The notes under the pieces: generated by a model
What the model was told of the DNA's origin: nothing
Databases searched by the model: none
Seen by the model: only the letters and a program-made list of their open reading frames with translations
Program-made: the position numbers and the translations under genes
Shown: piece by piece, positions 59,064 to 64,000 of the stretch
How the letters are laid out: the number at the start of each line of letters is the position of its first letter
Position numbering within the stretch: the first letter of the stretch is position 1
Origin: Planctomycetota bacterium
GTDB taxonomy: Bacteria > Planctomycetota > UBA8108 > SXIK01
Direction of reading: 5' to 3'
Assembly: GCA_965223265.1 (NCBI GenBank)
Contig: OZ244999.1
Coordinates: 736,001-800,000 of the forward strand
DNA length: 64,000 bases

Positions 59064-60263
59064 ATGAGCTTCCACGACGACGCTATGAAGCGCACGAATC
59101 GCGCGCCGAGCGCATGCAGCCCTTTTGCTCGCCGAGAACCCGTTGTCGGCCCCGGGGCTGAAAGCGGACGGGAGCGGACGGCGAGGTGTTCGTGTCTGTT
59201 TTTTGCGCTCCTATGGCTCTTCTGCGGCAGTCTCCTGCAGGCTCAAGACGAGCTCTCGCCGCCCGCGGAATCGCCGCCGTTGGTCACACCTGAGGTCGAA
59301 AAGGCGGTGAGTGCCGGCATCGCTTATCTGCTGAGCGTTCGTGCGGACGATGGTCAGTGGTGGGCCGAAACGCCTTCCGGCGGTAATGCTCGGCGTGGCG
59401 ACTATCCGTGCGCCAACACTGCACTTGTTGGACTTTCCTTGCTCGCAGCGGGGAGCATGCCGACGCGCGGGCCACACGCCAATCTCGTCAAAGAGATCAC
59501 CGATCAACTTCTCCTCAACTCGACGGAAACTGGCCTTCTGACATCGTCGCGTGGCGATGAGCCGCGGACGATGTATGCCCACGCGTTCGCGATGACTTTT
59601 CTCGCCACTGTTTTTGGGCAGGAAGGAGGCGGGCCACGTCGCGAGGCTATCCGCAACGCACTGAGCGCCGCGGTCACTCTTTGCGAGCAGAGCCAGACGT
59701 ATGACGGTGGCTGGGCCTACACGCCCAACTTTCACGAAGACGAAGGGACTCTCGTCGTGACTCAACTCCTGGGACTCCGCGCCTGTAATGACGCTGGGGT
59801 TCCCGTGGCCAAACAAGTGATCGACGATGCGGTCGGTTACATCCGCAAGTCCGCGACGCCGTCCGGCCAGGTCATGTACCGGATTGGAAGCCGCCAGTTT
59901 CGACCGGGTGTCACCTGTGCCGCTGTCGTCGCCTTGTGGAACGCCGGCGAGTACGACTCGCCACTGATGAAACGAATCTACCAATTCGTTCGCCGGCGAA
60001 TCGAGCCGAATTCAGGCGCGCTCTGGGAGCAGTATCATCACGGCGAGTATGTCGAGTTTTTTCTCGCGCTCGCGTTGTGGCTGAAGGGAGATCGCGGCGC
60101 CGCGCACTACAAGAGGATTGCAGCGAGTTTGCTGAGAAGCCAACGTCCGGACGGCAGCTGGCGTGGGTCGGACAATCATGACTATGGGGTCGTTTACTCC
60201 ACTTGCATGGCGCTGCTGATCTTGCAGATGCCGTACGAGCGGCTGCCCATCTATGCTCGTTGA
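59064..60263 (+). CDS. Prenyltransferase/squalene oxidase repeat protein
   Basis: DGQW, MYAHAFA, Q..DGGW.Y, QRPDGSW and LPIY.R. Confidence 0.88.
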   Translation: MSFHDDAMKRTNRAPSACSPFARREPVVGPGAESGRERTARCSCLFFALLWLFCGSLLQAQDELSPPAESPPLVTPEVEKAVSAGIAYLLSVRADDGQWWAETPSGGNARRGDYPCANTALVGLSLLAAGSMPTRGPHANLVKEITDQLLLNSTETGLLTSSRGDEPRTMYAHAFAMTFLATVFGQEGGGPRREAIRNALSAAVTLCEQSQTYDGGWAYTPNFHEDEGTLVVTQLLGLRACNDAGVPVAKQVIDDAVGYIRKSATPSGQVMYRIGSRQFRPGVTCAAVVALWNAGEYDSPLMKRIYQFVRRRIEPNSGALWEQYHHGEYVEFFLALALWLKGDRGAAHYKRIAASLLRSQRPDGSWRGSDNHDYGVVYSTCMALLILQMPYERLPIYAR

Positions 60264-60347
60264 GCAGGGAAGAACTGTGCGAAGAAAAGTTGCGCGAAGG
60301 ATCGGTGTGTCTGCCCTCGTCCTGCGTGACGAGACGAGGAGCGATCC

Positions 60348-61478
60348 TTGACCGAATCACATACACCGCCAGCTACGAACGGCGGGGTGGCCAGCGACGA
60401 CGACTCAGTCGCTCAGGGGCAGCTCGAAAGCGCGCTGTCTGGGAGAGACTTGCTCGACACGGTTGATCGCCTTGATTCGATGATGGATGCGGTGCGCGAT
60501 CAGGTCGAGCAGGTCATCGTCGGCCAGGCGGCGGTGATCGAAGAGATCCTTATCGCACTGTTGGCGGGAGGCCATGTCCTCCTCGAAGGCGTCCCTGGGT
60601 TGGCTAAGACTCTGTTGGTACGGACACTCGCGTCCACGTTATCTCTCGATTTTGGGCGCATTCAGTTTACGCCGGACTTGATGCCGGCGGACATCACAGG
60701 GTCGCAGGTCCTCACCCAGCACCGTGGTGGCCAGTCGCGCGGTCTCGCGTTTCAAGCTGGGCCGCTATTCGTCAACTTGCTCTTGGCTGATGAGATCAAT
60801 CGCACACCTCCGAAGACGCAGGCGGCGCTTCTCGAGGCTATGGCGGAGCGACAGGTCACAACCGGCGGGCGACGTCGTCCTTTGCCACCACCGTTTTTTG
60901 TTCTCGCAACGCAGAACTCGATCGACCAAGAGGGGACGTATCCTCTTCCCGAGGCGCAGCTCGATCGATTCCTCCTCAAGGTTGCGGTTGACTACCCGAG
61001 CTACGATGAGGAGGAGCTGATCCTCAGACGGACGACATCCGATGCAAGCGCAAGCGCGGGTCAGGTCCTCAGTCGTGAACACGTCTTGGCCTTGCAGAGC
61101 ATCGTCTCGTCTCTGACCGTCGCGCCCAACGTTTTGCATTACGCGACGCGACTCGCCCGGGCTTCCCGGCCCGAAGCGCCGGAATGTCCGTTGCATTTGC
61201 GTCCGGCGATCGCGTGGGGCGCCGGGCCACGCGCGGGGCAATCTTTGGTCGTGGCTGCAAAGGCGCGAACTCTCCTCCGAGGCCGCTTTGCAGTGACCTG
61301 GGGCGACGTCCGCGCCGTCGCCGTTCCAGTTCTCCGGCATCGAATCATTCCCAGCTTTGAGGCTCAGGGTCGAGGACTGGACGCCGATCGGATCGTGCGC
61401 TCGCTCATCGATCAGGTGTCGCCGTTCTCAGAAGGAAGTGCGCATGACGGGGCCCTCCGGAAAATTCTTCGACGCTAA
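60348..61478 (+). CDS. moxR: MoxR family AAA+ ATPase
   Basis: GVPGLAKT, RIQFTPDLMPAD, DEINRTPPKTQ and EGTYPLPEAQLDRF. Confidence 0.95.
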   Translation: MTESHTPPATNGGVASDDDSVAQGQLESALSGRDLLDTVDRLDSMMDAVRDQVEQVIVGQAAVIEEILIALLAGGHVLLEGVPGLAKTLLVRTLASTLSLDFGRIQFTPDLMPADITGSQVLTQHRGGQSRGLAFQAGPLFVNLLLADEINRTPPKTQAALLEAMAERQVTTGGRRRPLPPPFFVLATQNSIDQEGTYPLPEAQLDRFLLKVAVDYPSYDEEELILRRTTSDASASAGQVLSREHVLALQSIVSSLTVAPNVLHYATRLARASRPEAPECPLHLRPAIAWGAGPRAGQSLVVAAKARTLLRGRFAVTWGDVRAVAVPVLRHRIIPSFEAQGRGLDADRIVRSLIDQVSPFSEGSAHDGALRKILRR

Positions 61479-62367
61479 GCTCATTGATCGAATCACCCGC
61501 CATGAATTGACGGCCAGGCGCATAGTCGATGGATTTCTGGCTGGGCGCAATCGCAGTGACCGTCACGGATTCAGCGTCGAGTTTGTCGAGCATCGCGAGT
61601 ATGTGCCGGGTGACGACCTGCGTCACCTCGACTGGAAGGTCCTGGGTCGCCTCGGTCGCTACTACGTCAAGCGCTACGAAGAGGAGACCAACATCACGTG
61701 TGTGATCTGTGCCGATGTCAGTCGTTCGATGAGCTATGGTTCGGGTGAGTGGACCAAGTTTGAAGTTGCAGCGTTCGTCGCTTCAGCGCTCTCGTATTTG
61801 CTCAGCCGGCAACGTGACGCGGTAGGGTTGGCCCTCTTTGACGACGAAGTGCGCACTTTTTTGCCTCCCACAGTGCGACGAGTCATGGTCGCGAACGTGG
61901 CGCAGAAGCTACTGCATGCGGAGCTGAACCAAGGCACCGATATCGAGGCTTCGGTGAAACGGATCTGCGTCGACCTTCCGCAGCGATCTCTCTTTGTCAT
62001 CTTGTCGGATTTCTTCGCCGACGCCGATCGCTTCGAAGCTGTGATGAAGTTTCTTAGCGCTCGTGGGCACGATGCGATCGTGATTCAGATCGTCGACGCG
62101 GCGGAGCGAGATTTTCCCTTTGGCTCGAACGTGCAGTTTCGAGGCCTTGAGGACGCGCGTGAGTTGATCGTCGAGCCGCGGCGTGTTCGCGCCCGATACC
62201 TTGAACTGTTCGAGCGACATGTGACGAAGTTGCGTGGTGCATGTCAGCGTGTGGGGTGTGACTATCTCATGCTGACCGCCGGCGAGCCCATCGCGCCGGC
62301 GCTGGAGACCGCCCTCGCCGCGCGCACGCGTGGAGGCGTGATACGGCGTCGCGGAGCCGGTTCGTGA
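61444..62367 (+). CDS. DUF58 domain-containing protein
   Basis: EFVEHREYVPGDDLRHLDWK, EEETN, DVSRSM and LSDF. Confidence 0.93.
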   Translation: MTGPSGKFFDAKLIDRITRHELTARRIVDGFLAGRNRSDRHGFSVEFVEHREYVPGDDLRHLDWKVLGRLGRYYVKRYEEETNITCVICADVSRSMSYGSGEWTKFEVAAFVASALSYLLSRQRDAVGLALFDDEVRTFLPPTVRRVMVANVAQKLLHAELNQGTDIEASVKRICVDLPQRSLFVILSDFFADADRFEAVMKFLSARGHDAIVIQIVDAAERDFPFGSNVQFRGLEDARELIVEPRRVRARYLELFERHVTKLRGACQRVGCDYLMLTAGEPIAPALETALAARTRGGVIRRRGAGS

Positions 62368-64000
62368 TGCCTCGCCCGTGGGCCTTTATCGATGGTTTTG
62401 TTAACCCCGCCTTGCTTGCCGGTTTGGCGTTGGCTGCTGCACCGATCATCATCCATCTCCTCTACAAGCGACGCTTTCGCGTGGTTGATTGGGCGGCGAT
62501 GGATTTTCTCTTGCAGGCAGATGCGACGAATCGCCGTCGACTACGTCTCGAGGATCTTATTCTTCTTCTGCTGCGCGTCGCTCTCATTGTGTTCATCGTC
62601 GGTGCGCTTGCTCGACCTGTGCTCCGTGGGTATGTCGGCGTCGGCGAAGACGAAAAGCACATCATCATCGACGATTCGTTGAGTATGGACGCCGCCCATT
62701 CGGACGGCCTTCCGATTGTCCGAGCACAGAACATAGCCGCGCGCCGGATTCAGCAGGAAATCGAACAGCATCGGCCATTCACAGTATGGGCCGGATCACG
62801 CGCGGAACAGCTGCGAGCGGTCGCGGCGACCGCGGGGAGCGGCCACCCGGAGAGCGCCGTTGCCGAGGATCCACAGTTCGTCGCATCCGGCGCAGCAGCG
62901 CTCCGTCACGTGCGAGCACTGGACGCAACCGACGGCTCGCTGCGGGTCGATCGGTTGATCGGACGCCTTCGCGAGCGGTTCAATGAAGTCGAGCAGTCTC
63001 TGCTGCGCGGCGTGTATCTGATCCATGACCTACGCGCCAGTGACTGGTTGCTTTCAGGTGCGACGAGAGACTTGCGGCCGGAGATTCTCGCTGCGGTGCA
63101 GGGGCTGAAGGCCGACGGTCTCAGCGAGCGCACCACTTGGCATTTGATCAATGTCGGTCGAGCCGGTCGTGAAAATCTGGCGGTGGCCGCCATCGACGCC
63201 GCTGCCTCACGTCCTCTCGTTGGGCGTCGCACGACGCTACAGGTTGTGATTCGCAACACGGGTCTCGAGGTGCGACGCGGGGTCGTGGGGCGTATCGAAA
63301 TCGGAGATCCTCGCGGTGGCCCTGTGTCCGATGCCGTCGCCACGGGGGCGACGCCCGAGCGTTTCGTGGTCGGCGGCACACCTTTTCGTTCCCTCCAGAG
63401 TCTACCGCTACCACTCGTCTCGGCGATCGAACCAAATGGTTCAGTTCGTGTCCAGGTTGAGTGTGTCTTCGCGTCCGCGGGCGAGCATCCGGTGATCGTT
63501 CAATTGGAGAACACCGGTGATGCCTTGACACGCGACGACGTGTTCTACGGGACCGTGTTTGTCGACGATGCGATCCGGGTCACGATCATCGACGGAGATC
63601 CAGGTGCGGATCGTCTCGGCAGTGAATCGGGGTTTCTGGCTGCGGCGTTGAGTCCACGCGGCGGCGCTACGACCGGCGTCGTGACGACCACGAACACGGG
63701 TGCCTTTTCTTCCGCTGATCTTGATGACGCGCATGTCGTCATGGTGCTGAACCGAGGCGAGTTCGCGGCCGCCGAAGTAGACGCTCTCAAGAGCTTTTGT
63801 CGGCGCGGGGGCGGCGCTGCGTTTTTCGTCGGCGACAAGGTCGATCCGCGGCGCTACGAGACTGCGTTTGCATCGTTTGCGGTACCCGAGGGCGCTCGCA
63901 ACGAGGCAGGCGTCGCGGTGCCGGGAGCTGATGCCCGGACGTGGACCTTGTTTCCGGTACGACTGGGCGCCCGAAGAGACGGTATCCAGCATCTGCGACG
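62367..64000 (+). CDS. BatA domain / vWA protein (runs off the window)
   Basis: N-terminal part translated by hand: NPALL...PIIIHLL...WAAMDFL...LLLLR...ARP, then IIDDSLSM MIDAS motif. Absent from the ORF track, presumably because no stop occurs inside the window. Confidence 0.85.
   Translation, partial: MPRPWAFIDGFVNPALLAGLALAAAPIIIHLLYKRRFRVVDWAAMDFLLQADATNRRRLRLEDLILLLLRVALIVFIVGALARPVLRGYVGVGEDEKHIIIDDSLSMDAAHSDGLPIVRAQNIAARRIQQEIEQHRPFTVWAGSRAEQLRAVAATAGSGHPESAVAEDPQFVASGAAALRHVRALDATDGSLRVDRLIGRLRERFNEVEQSLLRGVYLIHDLRASDWLLSGATRDLRPEILAAVQGLKADGLSERTTWHLINVGRAGRENLAVAAIDAAASRPLVGRRTTLQVVIRNTGLEVRRGVVGRIEIGDPRGGPVSDAVATGATPERFVVGGTPFRSLQSLPLPLVSAIEPNGSVRVQVECVFASAGEHPVIVQLENTGDALTRDDVFYGTVFVDDAIRVTIIDGDPGADRLGSESGFLAAALSPRGGATTGVVTTTNTGAFSSADLDDAHVVMVLNRGEFAAAEVDALKSFCRRGGGAAFFVGDKVDPRRYETAFASFAVPEGARNEAGVAVPGADARTWTLFPVRLGARRDGIQHLR

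Overview
GC-rich bacterial chromosomal window, most likely Planctomycetota (inferred from the dockerin-like/LTD/CotH protein, DUF3500, HEAT-repeat protein and the prenyltransferase-MoxR-DUF58-BatA cluster). About 47 CDS, mostly housekeeping or accessory metabolism: a GH57 branching enzyme-glycogen synthase fusion, msrP, ptsP, cysG-cysH, sodA, two rhomboids and two MFS transporters. No rRNA, tRNA or CRISPR array was seen. The intergenic DNA carries a layered set of repeats and mobile elements. (1) Dispersed bipartite hexamer arrays, two of which bracket a four-helix-bundle (Avd-like) gene with a structured leader. (2) An IS110/IS1111-type element inserted into one of these arrays; its 3' non-coding region has short segments matching both the reconstructed target and its own circle junction, as expected for a bridge/seek RNA. 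(3) A ~207-bp MITE with 6-bp TSDs, also sitting in hexamer tracts. (4) A ~160-bp palindromic MITE with YTAR TSDs in at least six full-length copies, one nested inside MITE (3). A degenerate ThrRS paralog and an orphan tail-assembly gene are also notable. All assignments come from reading motifs by eye; no database searches were run.
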